From: Candidatus Multivoradales bacterium
GTDB taxonomy: Bacteria; Acidobacteriota; Thermoanaerobaculia; Multivoradales; Multivoraceae
NCBI GenBank assembly: GCA_965223325.1
Contig: CBDCWI010000002.1
Coordinates: 3,776,001 to 3,840,000, forward strand
Direction of reading: 5' to 3'
DNA length: 64,000 nt
The notes under the pieces were generated by a model. That model did no database searches, was not told the origin of the DNA, and saw only the letters and a program-made list of their open reading frames with translations. Position 1 is the stretch's first letter; each line of letters begins with the position of its first letter. This document shows, in pieces, positions 46,910-55,456 of this stretch. The position numbers and the translations under genes are program-made.

Positions 46910-47193
46910 ACATCCAGGAACTCTCGGAGGCGCAGTTCAAGTCTGCGATCCCCGCTTCACAACGCCGACGACTCATGAAGGGCAAGTTCGAGAGCGGGGC
47001 CGACGTTTCAGCCCTTCGGCGTTTCGTGGGCCTTTCTCAGGTTCGCTTTTCTCGGGCCCTGGGCATCAGTGTGCACACGCTCCGCAACTGGGAACAGGAC
47101 CGGCGCAAACCAGAGGGCCCGGCGCTGGCCCTGCTTCGCATCGCCGCTCGTCATCCGAGAATCATTCGCGAGAACGTCGAAGAGGCAGCGTGA
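46906..47193 (+). CDS. Cassette 21 XRE-HTH antitoxin
   Basis: LSQVRFSRALGISVHTLRNWEQDRRKPEGPALALL. Confidence 0.88.
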   Translation: MNIQELSEAQFKSAIPASQRRRLMKGKFESGADVSALRRFVGLSQVRFSRALGISVHTLRNWEQDRRKPEGPALALLRIAARHPRIIRENVEEAA

Positions 47194-47201
47194 GGCCGGC
47201 T

Positions 47202-47284
47202 GCCCAACACGCGGCTCCACGCGACTCGTACCCGTGCTCGCTTCGCTCGCTCGGGAAGTCGCCTGTGATGAAAGTCCGTTCGGC
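47202..47284 (+). other. attC site 21
   Basis: GCCCAAC...GTTCGGC. Confidence 0.9.
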
Positions 47285-47314
47285 GGCATCCGGCCCTGCT
47301 GGTAGAATTGCGAC

Positions 47315-47539
47315 ATGAAGTTGGTCACCGGTACTGTCGTCGATGGCAAGGTCACCCTCCCTGAAGGCGTGTTCGAAGAAGGAAGCGCCGTCGCCGTACT
47401 CGGCGGCGATCCAGCTGAGTCTGTTCCGCTCACTGCAGCCGAGGAAGCAGGGCTCAGCGAGTCGCTAAAGGACATTCGCGAGGGGCGCTACGTCGAGGGT
47501 TCCGATCTCGTCGCTCGCCTCAAGTCTCGCGGTCGTTGA
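47315..47539 (+). CDS. Cassette 22 putative antitoxin (paralog of 41804)
   Basis: MKLVTGTVVDGKV...LKDIREGRYV. Confidence 0.75.
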   Translation: MKLVTGTVVDGKVTLPEGVFEEGSAVAVLGGDPAESVPLTAAEEAGLSESLKDIREGRYVEGSDLVARLKSRGR

Positions 47540-47841
47540 GCTTCCGGCTCATCGTCGCAGCCCGAGCGGAAGCGCAGATCGAAGCTGCGGCCGAGTGGTG
47601 GTTCGAGAACCGTCCAGGTGCACCGGTCCTGCTCTCGGAAGAAGTGGAGCGAGCGTTCCTCACCATAAGTCGCTTCCCGAGTGCTGGCGAGGCGATAGGC
47701 CACCGGCGCATTGCCGGCCTTCACCGGATTCTTCTCTCTCGGATCTCGTATCACCTGTACTACTCAGTGAACGATGCCGAGGCCACCGTCGAAGTGCTTG
47801 CGATGTGGCACACCAGCAGACGGAGAGGCCCTGCGCTGTGA
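47536..47841 (+). CDS. Cassette 22 RelE/ParE toxin (paralog of 42023)
   Basis: AEAQIEAAAEWW..NR...YHLYY...VEVLAMWHTSR. Confidence 0.85.
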   Translation: MSFRLIVAARAEAQIEAAAEWWFENRPGAPVLLSEEVERAFLTISRFPSAGEAIGHRRIAGLHRILLSRISYHLYYSVNDAEATVEVLAMWHTSRRRGPAL

Positions 47842-47847
47842 CACGCC

Positions 47848-47932
47848 GCCGAACAACGTGTTCCAGCAGAAGCGAACCCTGGGCTCGCTACGCTCGCTCA
47901 GGTCTCTCGCTGCTGCACTTGGTCCGTTATGC
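47848..47932 (+). other. attC site 22
   Basis: GCCGAAC...GTTATGC. Confidence 0.9.
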
Positions 47933-47959
47933 GGCTCGAGCGCCGATGGGGTACGACAA

Positions 47960-48934
47960 ATGATTGCGAATCTCGAGCACCGGCGGAAGCAGGTCTTAGA
48001 GACGGTACGAGCGCTGGTTATCACTAGCTGCGTTTGTTCGCTGACAGCGTTGCTTCTTGGTGCGCAGGCCTGCAAATCACAACCGGATCAGCGACCAAGG
48101 TCAGCCGAGTCGCCGCATGAACGGCAGGTCGATCTATTGAATGTTCGTTGGATGCACGGTGCTCAAGACTGTGACGCTGTACGGACAGATCCTGAATACA
48201 TTGAATGGCAGCAAGTTCGGTATCAGGTCAACACGTACATATTCCGTCAGAACAAGTGCTCAAACTACGAGGCGCCTTTCGTGTATCTACTCATAGGCAC
48301 AGATAGGGCACTGCTGATAGACACTGGCGCAACCATCGAAGGCGGTGCGAGTCTGCTCGGTACAGTCAGAGATGTTACCGACGCGCCGCTGATCGTCGCA
48401 CACTCTCATGGTCACGGGGATCATACGCAAGGTGACGGCGCCTTCTCGAGCGCAGAAAACGCCGCGGTCGTAGGCTTAGGGGCGGAGGCCGTGCAGGAGT
48501 TCTTCGGATTCGAGAATTGGCCAAATGATCCAGCTCATCTTGAGCTAGGCAATCGAAGGATAGAACTCTTGCCGATCCCTGGCCACAAAGATGATGACGT
48601 AGCCCTTTATGATCCGACATCGCTGTTCCTGATAACGGGCGACACGTTGTATCCAGGTCGATTGTACGTCGGCGACTGGGGGGACTTTCGTGCCAGCATC
48701 GCAAGGCTGAACGAGTGGATAGATAACAAACCCGTTGCGTACATCATGGGCACTCATATCGAGATGACTGCAACGCCAGACGTCGACTATCCAATTGGAA
48801 CCACTTATCAACCGAATGAGCGCCATTTACCCCTTTCGACTTCTGACATTGCGGTACTACATGAAACTCTCGTCACCATGGAAGTCCCCGAGAGGACATA
48901 TTTGGGCAGTTTCGTTCTCTGGCCTCGCCAATAG
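47960..48934 (+). CDS. Cassette 23 MBL-fold metallo-hydrolase (probable lipoprotein); its attC is missing
   Basis: LIDTG, HSHGDH, PGH, TGDTLYPG, GTHIE; lipobox-like AQAC. Confidence 0.85.
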   Translation: MIANLEHRRKQVLETVRALVITSCVCSLTALLLGAQACKSQPDQRPRSAESPHERQVDLLNVRWMHGAQDCDAVRTDPEYIEWQQVRYQVNTYIFRQNKCSNYEAPFVYLLIGTDRALLIDTGATIEGGASLLGTVRDVTDAPLIVAHSHGHGDHTQGDGAFSSAENAAVVGLGAEAVQEFFGFENWPNDPAHLELGNRRIELLPIPGHKDDDVALYDPTSLFLITGDTLYPGRLYVGDWGDFRASIARLNEWIDNKPVAYIMGTHIEMTATPDVDYPIGTTYQPNERHLPLSTSDIAVLHETLVTMEVPERTYLGSFVLWPRQ

Positions 48935-48938
48935 ATGG

Positions 48939-49018
48939 CAGCAGGTTCGGAACCGGAACGTTGGAATATGTTCTCGCCGTCCTCGTCGAGGACGCAGAGG
49001 TACATCTTGCGAGTATGC
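48939..49018 (-). pseudogene. Fragment of the IS110 recombinase 5' region
   Basis: 48971-49018 matches 45667-45714 at 47/48 nt. Confidence 0.8.
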
Positions 49019-49223
49019 TGGCGTAGAGGTGATAGCGATCGGCAACGCGATTCGCGAGTTGGAGCGTCTGGTCGAAGTGCACGGCGACGGTCGTTGGCGC
49101 AAGCTCAAGGGTGTAGCCAGCGTCAGGCTGCAAGATGATTCGATGTGCTCCGCTGAGATACACCGGTAGGAGGCTCACGGCATCGGCCGCCGCGAGTTCA
49201 AGCTGAAACGGCTCTTCGACTAA
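49019..49223 (+). pseudogene. Second copy of the cassette 19 toxin-like gene, 5'-truncated with an internal stop
   Basis: VEVIAIGNAIRELERL...AEIH-R-stop(49167)-EAHGIGRREFKLKRLFD. Confidence 0.75.
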
Positions 49224-49227
49224 ACCT

Positions 49228-49509
49228 ATGGAACAAGCCACCTTCGTCCTCTGCGTCAACCGCGATGGCTACGAGACCTCACTAGAGATCAGGAGGATCT
49301 ACCGGTCCCTCGCTGATCCCGCTGCCGCTGAGAGATCACTCATCCGTGTCGTCGATGAGACCGGCGAGGACTACCTCTTTCCCGCCGACTTCTTCGTTCC
49401 GATCGAGGTTCCACCGCCGCTCAACATCTGGCTGCACTGGATGAGAACCCGCGCTCGCTTCACTCGCTCAGGTCTCGTGCAGCTGAGCTTCGACCATTGT
49501 GTGTCGTAG
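49228..49509 (+). CDS. Second copy of the cassette 19 partner protein (tail runs through attC)
   Basis: FVLCVNRDGYETSLE...VVDETGEDYLFP. Confidence 0.7.
   Translation: MEQATFVLCVNRDGYETSLEIRRIYRSLADPAAAERSLIRVVDETGEDYLFPADFFVPIEVPPPLNIWLHWMRTRARFTRSGLVQLSFDHCVS
49419..49502 (+). other. attC site 24 (degenerate R' ATTGTGT)
   Basis: GCTCAAC...central hairpin...ATTGTGT. Confidence 0.7.
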
Positions 49510-49515
49510 AAAAGG

Positions 49516-49941
49516 ATGAGGCTTCTCTTGCGTGGCGCGTCTCTTGGCCTGTTGGCGTTTATCGCGGTGGTTTATTCGCTTGGCGCTGTTGCAGTCGGGC
49601 TGGCACCGATATTCGAATTCGGTGCCGCCAAGGTTCGTGCGGAGCCGATGACCGCGATTTTCCTCGCGATCGTGAACGCCTCGGTGGCGACCGTTGCTGG
49701 AGTAATGTTCGCATCGCTGTTTCGCCGCAACCTGTGGGAGTTCATCGTCTTGTACTGGTCCTCAGGGGCGCTGATGCTTTGGTTTGTCGCGCCAGGGGTA
49801 TCAGCTTCGACCGTCGTCGCCTTGGCCCTTTCGCTCGCCCTAGGTGGCTGGCTGCTTCACAGGGAGCCGCACTGGCTCGGGTTCGACGCCGTGGGAACGC
49901 AGGAACGACACGCGCCACACAACACCTATGAGGTCCCCTGA
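49516..49941 (+). CDS. Cassette 25 hypothetical 4-TM protein
   Basis: Hydrophobic segments; ORF ends inside the IS end. Confidence 0.65.
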   Translation: MRLLLRGASLGLLAFIAVVYSLGAVAVGLAPIFEFGAAKVRAEPMTAIFLAIVNASVATVAGVMFASLFRRNLWEFIVLYWSSGALMLWFVAPGVSASTVVALALSLALGGWLLHREPHWLGFDAVGTQERHAPHNTYEVP

Positions 49942-51364
49942 CGTCAAGAGGCAAACGTCTCCTAGCGGACGAGGTCCGTGGCGGTTTTCGATCAGTCTCG
50001 AATTCTGACTTTGGTTTCAGAGTGGGTGCGAGGCGAAGCCTCTGCACCAAACACCTATTGGGCCTCTGTCCTCGCTATCGCGACGACTGCTGGCCTAGGC
50101 CAGCGGACCAGAAACACATCGGTGCCCTCGTACCGTCCGATTCAAACCGTGCTGGTCACGCCCGGGAGCGCGCCGGAGTTGGTTGCCTGGCTCGGGTGAG
50201 GGGCAGAGGTCGAGATCGACCGAATGCTGGAAGGTGAGTGGGAAGCCTCGTCCATTCAAACGCTGTGGCTGCCGGCGCTGTGTCCCAGGGCGCGTTGGGT
50301 GTCGATGCACCAGGAGCCGGTGCTCCGATGAAGCGCCAAGGATGGGATCTGGCCGTGTGGCTCCAGTTAGGCGGAGGGCTCGAGGCTTTCCGACTCGAGA
50401 TCAGGCGTTTATGAATGTCGGGAGGTGGAAGGCTTCGTTGTTCTTCAGCATGAAGTAAACGGCGCGGCCGAGCTTGTGACGCAGAACAGCGTAGGCCTTG
50501 GTCTTGCCGTGCTTGCGCTTGAGGCGATCGAGCAGCTTCTTGCCGTGAGCCTGGCGCTGAGCGAAGAGCACGGCGGCCTCAGAGAAGGCCCACTTGAGAT
50601 GGTGGTTGCCGATCTTGTGGCCGCCGCTGCCGGTTCGCTTGCCTGCGGACTCATGCTGCGGACGAATCAGCCGGGCGTAGGAGGCGAATTGCTGCACGGT
50701 GGGAAACCTCGAGATGTCTTCGATCTCGTAGAGCATCGTCATGCCGAGGATAGGATCGACGCCGGGAATCGAAGTGAGGCGCGACAGTACGCTGGGATCG
50801 TGATCCTTGGCCAGAGCGAAGAGATGCCTCTCGACATCCGAGATCACCTCGTCGAAGGCCGCGATGAGTCGCTGGTTGGCGTCGATGCTCTTCCTAGCCG
50901 AGGGGTCGTCGAAGTGATGGAGAAGATCTGTGCGGTCCGACGGTCTGGCGATCCTGCCGAGCGACGTGTCGCAGTTGTACTGGGTGTTCGACGTACGGAT
51001 GTGGACGAAGAGCTGGGCGCGCTGGCGAGTGAAGTACTGGCGCCTGCGCAGCAGATCCCGCGCTGCACGCATCTTCTTAGGGTAGGTGTAGGCCATAGGA
51101 AAGGTGCCACCTCGCAGCAGCGCTGCCAGCTTGTAGGAATCGACCTTGTCGTTCTTGGCCTTGGCTCCGTGGATCGCGCTCATGTACAAGGCATGGCCGA
51201 GAACGAATTCGATTCCCTCTTCGGCGCAGAGGTCGGCGAGCCAATACCAGGAAAACATGCACTCGACGCCCACGACCAGATCGTTTCGGAAGGATTCGAT
51301 GGCCTCGAGGAAGGCATCAGGCCGAGCGGGGATGTTTCGGTGGTAGATCTTCTCGCCTGATCTT
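49925..51364 (-). mobile_element. IS1111-type element in attC 25 (copy 2; transposase start and one IR deleted)
   Basis: Same junctions (ACACAA-CA-CCTATGAGGTCCCCTG ... TGATCTT-CA-ACC); attC remainder at 51365-51441. Confidence 0.9.
50401..51357 (-). pseudogene. IS110 recombinase lacking about 30 N-terminal residues (including the GVDLH Asp)
   Basis: Open frame from GEKIYHRN to PTFINA; the sequence upstream jumps directly to the IS end. Confidence 0.85.
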
Positions 51365-51463
51365 CAACCGGGTGAACTCGACATGAACACGCGTCCGCTT
51401 TGCTCCCGCGCGTCCATGCGGGTTACCCTTGTCCGTTCGGCGGCGAGAACTAGGCCCCAGACG

Positions 51464-51778
51464 ATGTACTACTACACGATAGAAAGCCCGGCCTTCGAGC
51501 CTCATGAGGTAGTCGAGGCCTGCATCGAGTCCGGCGCGACATCCGTTCTTCTTTCTGAGGCCGCCTCGGCCGGAGATTTCATGAAGCTGGAAACGGGTGT
51601 TGCCGGCGAACTGCTGCACAAGCTCTCGGTCTACGGGATTCGCCTGGCCGGCGTCGTTAGCGCCGCGGGGCCTCATCCTCCTCACTTCGAGGAGTTCGTC
51701 CGGGAAGCCAACCGCGGCGAACAGTGGCGATTCTTCTCCAACAGAAGCGATGCTGTGGCATGGCTCGAAAGCGAGTAG
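51464..51778 (+). CDS. Cassette 26 DUF4180-like protein
   Basis: DFMKLETGVAGELLHKLSVYGIRLA...FVREANRG...F...AVAWL. Confidence 0.8.
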   Translation: MYYYTIESPAFEPHEVVEACIESGATSVLLSEAASAGDFMKLETGVAGELLHKLSVYGIRLAGVVSAAGPHPPHFEEFVREANRGEQWRFFSNRSDAVAWLESE

Positions 51779-51792
51779 CGCGTGCCCTCGCC

Positions 51793-51876
51793 GCCGAACA
51801 ACTGGCTCCAGGCCGGCTCGCACCCGCGCTCGCTTCGCTCGCTCGGGCACGAGCGGCTCACCCTTGTCTGTCGTAT
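51793..51876 (+). other. attC site 26 (degenerate R' GTCGTAT)
   Basis: GCCGAAC...GTCGTAT. Confidence 0.75.
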
Positions 51877-51891
51877 CGCCAGGAGGTACAG

Positions 51892-52206
51892 GTGATCGAT
51901 ACCGAAGCGATGGAGTGGCTCCAGCCATGGGAGAAGGTCGAGGGTTCGGCTGCAAACCTAGAGCGTCAGTTGAATCGCGAGGTCACCGAGGGCCATCCGC
52001 TCTTCGGCCTCAGCGTCACCGCTCTTGCCCGACGCCGCGACACTGACGATGTCGTCTTTGCTGTCGGTGTGCCGACGAGGCGCTTGGCTGCTGTCCACCT
52101 AACGTGGGCCGGTCGCCAAGAGCCGCCCTTTCCAGAGACCGATCTGTTCGAAACGTTCGAGGCGTTCCGAGCCGCTGTCATGGAGCCAGGTCATGCGGAG
52201 GCCTAG
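51892..52206 (+). CDS. Cassette 27 hypothetical protein
   Basis: RBS AGGAGG; PW...REVTEGHPL...ARRRDTDDVVF...VHLTW. Confidence 0.75.
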   Translation: MIDTEAMEWLQPWEKVEGSAANLERQLNREVTEGHPLFGLSVTALARRRDTDDVVFAVGVPTRRLAAVHLTWAGRQEPPFPETDLFETFEAFRAAVMEPGHAEA

Positions 52207-52213
52207 CATGGCG

Positions 52214-52296
52214 GTACAACAACCACACTCACTGGACGAGAACCTGCGGCCGCTCCGCGGCCACCGGCCCTCGCCAGTGATGTTCGTCCGTTGGGT
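52214..52296 (+). other. attC site 27
   Basis: GTACAAC...GTTGGGT. Confidence 0.85.
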
Positions 52297-52825
52297 GCCT
52301 AAGGCCCTCTCACTCCTCGTCGTCGTTCTGGCGTTCTTGTTGTCTTGCTCGGTCGTGGAGCGCCCATCCCCGCTCTTCGAGGGCCCACTGTTGACGCTGA
52401 GTCACTATCCGGGAATGGGGCACACGGTGGGGCGTTGGTACAAGCTCTTCCACCCGCGATCGAGAATGCCAGAGGACTGGAGCTTCCAGCTCTATCCGGA
52501 CGCCCGGGTCGAGATGTCTAGGCGTACCTGCAAACATGAGCATGTCTGGAGCGAAGCCCATCGGCTGTCGAGCAAGGACTTCGAAAGGCTCCTGGCACTC
52601 GTTGAGCCACTTCGTGAGCTCGAGCCCGAGACTTATCGAATCTGCTGCGACGATGTTCCCGGAGATATCGTGAAGTTGCATGACATGGGCGCACCCTTCG
52701 AGGTCCAGTTGGAGTACCAGGCGGGCCATCCGGCAGCGGGTAGCGGGCAGCGGGCGATTGCCGACGTCTTCGCCTTTGTAAGATCAAGGTATGAACCCCC
52801 TACGTGGCCAATCTGCCGTTGGTAG
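52295..52825 (+). CDS. Cassette 28 hypothetical lipoprotein
   Basis: Lipobox LLSC after a hydrophobic stretch. Confidence 0.65.
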   Translation: MPKALSLLVVVLAFLLSCSVVERPSPLFEGPLLTLSHYPGMGHTVGRWYKLFHPRSRMPEDWSFQLYPDARVEMSRRTCKHEHVWSEAHRLSSKDFERLLALVEPLRELEPETYRICCDDVPGDIVKLHDMGAPFEVQLEYQAGHPAAGSGQRAIADVFAFVRSRYEPPTWPICRW

Positions 52826-52832
52826 CGCGGCT

Positions 52833-52917
52833 CCACAACAACCAGCTTCACAACGACCAGAACCCTCAGCCGCTGCGCGGCCTCCGGGTTTCGGCGTGTG
52901 AGGTTCGTCCGTAGGGT
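52833..52917 (+). other. attC site 28 (degenerate R' GTAGGGT)
   Basis: CCACAAC...; body similar to attC 7 and 19. Confidence 0.75.
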
Positions 52918-53557
52918 GGCCAAGGGCGCGTCGCCCGACGTGCATGTCTTTCGCAAAGAAGAGACGGTCAGGATGTACTTCCATTGCCCTGTCTACAGCG
53001 GTGGTCCCGTCAACAGTATCGGGAGCTACAGGCAGGCAACCTTCGCGGCAACATCTAGGGATGGGCTGACCTTCGAGGCGAACCCGGAGGTGTTGGGTAA
53101 CTCGTACTTTCGAGTCTGGCAGCACGACAAGTTCTTCTACGCCGTCGGCATGCCTGGGGTGCTGTATCGATCTCGAGATGGCCTAACCGACTTCGAGGAG
53201 GGGCCCACGCTTTTTGACAAGAGAATGAGGCACTCCGCCGTTATGAAGAAGGGTCAGAAGCTGCTGATCTTCTACTCGAACAAGGGCGACAACCCTGAGG
53301 CCATTTTGTTGTCTACGATCGATCTGCGTGGTGATTGGTCAGAGTGGGTTGCTACGAGCCCGCAGACGCTTCTTCAGCCCGAGCTTCCGTGGGAGGGAGC
53401 GCACCTCCCTCTGATTGCTTCCTCTGACGGAGCGGCGAAGGGGTCCGTGAATCAGCTGCGAGATCCTGCCATCTTCGTTGAAGATGCTCGCTCCTACTTG
53501 CTCTACTCAGTCGCTGGGGAACGGGGAATCGCGATAGCAGAACTTGTATGGGACTAG
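52916..53557 (+). CDS. Cassette 29 glycoside-hydrolase-like beta-propeller protein (probably N-terminally truncated)
   Basis: ASPDVHV..MYFH, SRDGLTF repeats, MRHSAV, QLRDPAIF, LLYSVAGE. Confidence 0.6.
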   Translation: MAKGASPDVHVFRKEETVRMYFHCPVYSGGPVNSIGSYRQATFAATSRDGLTFEANPEVLGNSYFRVWQHDKFFYAVGMPGVLYRSRDGLTDFEEGPTLFDKRMRHSAVMKKGQKLLIFYSNKGDNPEAILLSTIDLRGDWSEWVATSPQTLLQPELPWEGAHLPLIASSDGAAKGSVNQLRDPAIFVEDARSYLLYSVAGERGIAIAELVWD

Positions 53558-53573
53558 AACTGACAGCAAGGTC

Positions 53574-53658
53574 GCCCAACAAGGCCGATGAACGCGGGCA
53601 TCAACACGTGCTCGTTCGTTCGCCCGTTTGCTGCCGGTTGTCGGCAGATTCGTTGTGC
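53574..53658 (+). other. attC site 29
   Basis: GCCCAAC...GTTGTGC, divergent body. Confidence 0.7.
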
Positions 53659-53804
53659 GGCTACTGCAGGGGCGTCGTTTGCGCTCTCGGTTGATCTTCT
53701 TGAGGTCCTGGCGCAGAACTTGGGCGACGAGCCTCCCGCTCTGTCTTCGCTTCGCCTTTGGGTCGGCGGGCGAAGGCCGGTGATCCATGAAGCGCCGCCG
53801 AACC

Positions 53805-53986
53805 CCTATGAGGTCCCTGACGTCAAGCGGCAGACGTCCTCCTAGCGGACGCGGTCCGTAGGGTTTTCGATCAGTCTCGAGTCTCCGACTCTGGTTTCAG
53901 AGTGGGTGCGAGGCGAAGCCTCTGCACCCAACACCTATTGGGCCTCGGCCCTCGCTTTCGCGACGACTGCTGGCTTGGGCCAGCGG
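53805..53986 (-). mobile_element. IS1111-type element remnant (copy 3, 3' end only) in the terminal attC 30
   Basis: GCCGAAC (53797-53803) followed by CCTATGAGGTCCCTGACGTCAAG..., about 180 bp similar to copies 1 and 2. Confidence 0.85.
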
Positions 53987-54107
53987 GCTGGGTTTGATCC
54001 CGCCTGGTGAAGCGGCGCCGAAGGTACTGGGAGCAGACGAATCCAGGGGCGGTTGCCAGGTCGCTCTTGAGGGAAGCGCCTCCTAAACCGTAGGTTCGCA
54101 GGACTCG

Positions 54108-55331
54108 CTAGCCAAACGGGAACGTCGGAAGCGTCAGGACCTCGCAGTCGCCGGCGGTTTGTGGAGCGGCGTGTGCCCTCACCCGCACGATGGCGTTGCC
54201 GCGGCCGTAGGCGCGCAGGTCGTGGGAACCGGCGGGTCTGTGTGGCGTGACCTCGAGGACACCTGCATTGGCCTCGGCGGTTGCGGATAGGAAGCGGTCG
54301 CGGTCGCGTGCGCCGGGGAGCTTCGTCCCTTCGGCGAGAACCCCTCCGAGGGCGCCCTGCCAGAAGCTGTCGGTAAGACCCTGCAGTTGGTTGAGGGCGG
54401 GGCGGACGAAGAGCCAGAAGGTGATCATCGCCGAGGCTGGGTTGCCCGGGAGGCCAAAGACCCAGCCGCCGGCGTGAGTCGCCGCGACGAGTGGCTTCCC
54501 GGGTTGGATGGCGACTGCGTCGAAGAGAACCTCGCAACCGCATCCGCTGAGGACGTCTTCAACCAGGTCGTAGTCGCCCGCTGAGACGCCGCCGGTGAGC
54601 AGAAGAACGTCGCTTTCGAGCCCGGTTTCGATTCGCGCCTTCAGATCAGCGAGATCGTCGCGTGCGATGCCGAGCAGCTCGACGGATTCCGCGTAGCGGC
54701 CGGCAGCGGTCTCGAAGAAGGCGCTGTGGGAGTCGCGCAGCTGGCCCGGGCCGGGTTCCTCGTCGGCCGCTACGACTTCATCGCCGGTGGTCAACATCGC
54801 GACCTTTGGCCTCCGGGTGACGTCTACTTCGGCGATGCCCTGCGACGCGAGCACTCCCAACGCCGCGTCGGTGAGGAGCGTTCCGGGTTCGAACAGGGGT
54901 CCGCCAGCGGCAACCACTTCGGCCCGTCGGCGAATGTGTGAGCCGGCCGTCTCCACAGCATCGAAGCGCACGCGCTCCTGGCCGGCGTCGGTGAGCTCGA
55001 AGGGCACGACGCGATCGGCGGTTTCGGGGACTGGGGCGCCGGTCATGATGCGAACTGCGCTCCCGGGCGCCATTGCGTACCCTGGTGGGTCACCGGCAGC
55101 GATCACGGCGTCCACCGTTCGCACCTCTCCGGCTGCCGGTTCACCCTTGTCCTGGGCCAGCGCGAGTGCGTAGCCATCCATCGCCGAGACGTCGTGGTGG
55201 GGCACGTCGGTGGTCGCGGCGACGGCTTGCGCGGTCACCCTCCCGGCGGCGTCCCGACGCCGGACGGTTTCGGCGGCAAGCGGTTCAAGGTGCTCGGCGA
55301 GGCGATTCCAGGCTTCACGAGGGTGGAACAT
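54108..55331 (-). CDS. moeA: Molybdopterin molybdotransferase MoeA
   Basis: SAMDGYA, RIMTGAPVP, TTGDE, TGGVSAGDYD, QPGKP, GLPGNP. Confidence 0.95.
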   Translation of the reverse strand: MFHPREAWNRLAEHLEPLAAETVRRRDAAGRVTAQAVAATTDVPHHDVSAMDGYALALAQDKGEPAAGEVRTVDAVIAAGDPPGYAMAPGSAVRIMTGAPVPETADRVVPFELTDAGQERVRFDAVETAGSHIRRRAEVVAAGGPLFEPGTLLTDAALGVLASQGIAEVDVTRRPKVAMLTTGDEVVAADEEPGPGQLRDSHSAFFETAAGRYAESVELLGIARDDLADLKARIETGLESDVLLLTGGVSAGDYDLVEDVLSGCGCEVLFDAVAIQPGKPLVAATHAGGWVFGLPGNPASAMITFWLFVRPALNQLQGLTDSFWQGALGGVLAEGTKLPGARDRDRFLSATAEANAGVLEVTPHRPAGSHDLRAYGRGNAIVRVRAHAAPQTAGDCEVLTLPTFPFG

Positions 55332-55456
55332 CGCCCCGATTCTTACCACGCTCGGTCGATTCAGCCCCGCCCCTGCTTTGTTGGGAAGAATGCGCAAGTG
55401 CGCATGGGTACCCCGTGCTGGTTGTCGACTCTTGCGGTCGATAGACTCCAGGCAGT

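Larger units (their letters stand above)
31231..53986 (+). mobile_element. Chromosomal integron: intI, attI and about 30 gene cassettes
   Basis: About 30 attC sites, mostly 83-87 bp: RYYYAAC...central GCTCGCTTCGCTCGC-like hairpin...GTCC-GTTRRRY. Each R'' complements the R' at the start of the same cassette. Confidence 0.95.

Noticed and set aside
47960-48934. Metallo-beta-lactamase resistance cassette
   Set aside because: HxHxDH shows only the MBL fold; nothing visible assigns it to a beta-lactamase subclass.
32970-53803. Regularly recurring palindromic repeats as a CRISPR array
   Set aside because: Repeats are about 85 bp, degenerate, separated by whole genes and carry RYYYAAC/GTTRRRY cores next to intI; no cas genes. 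They are attC sites.
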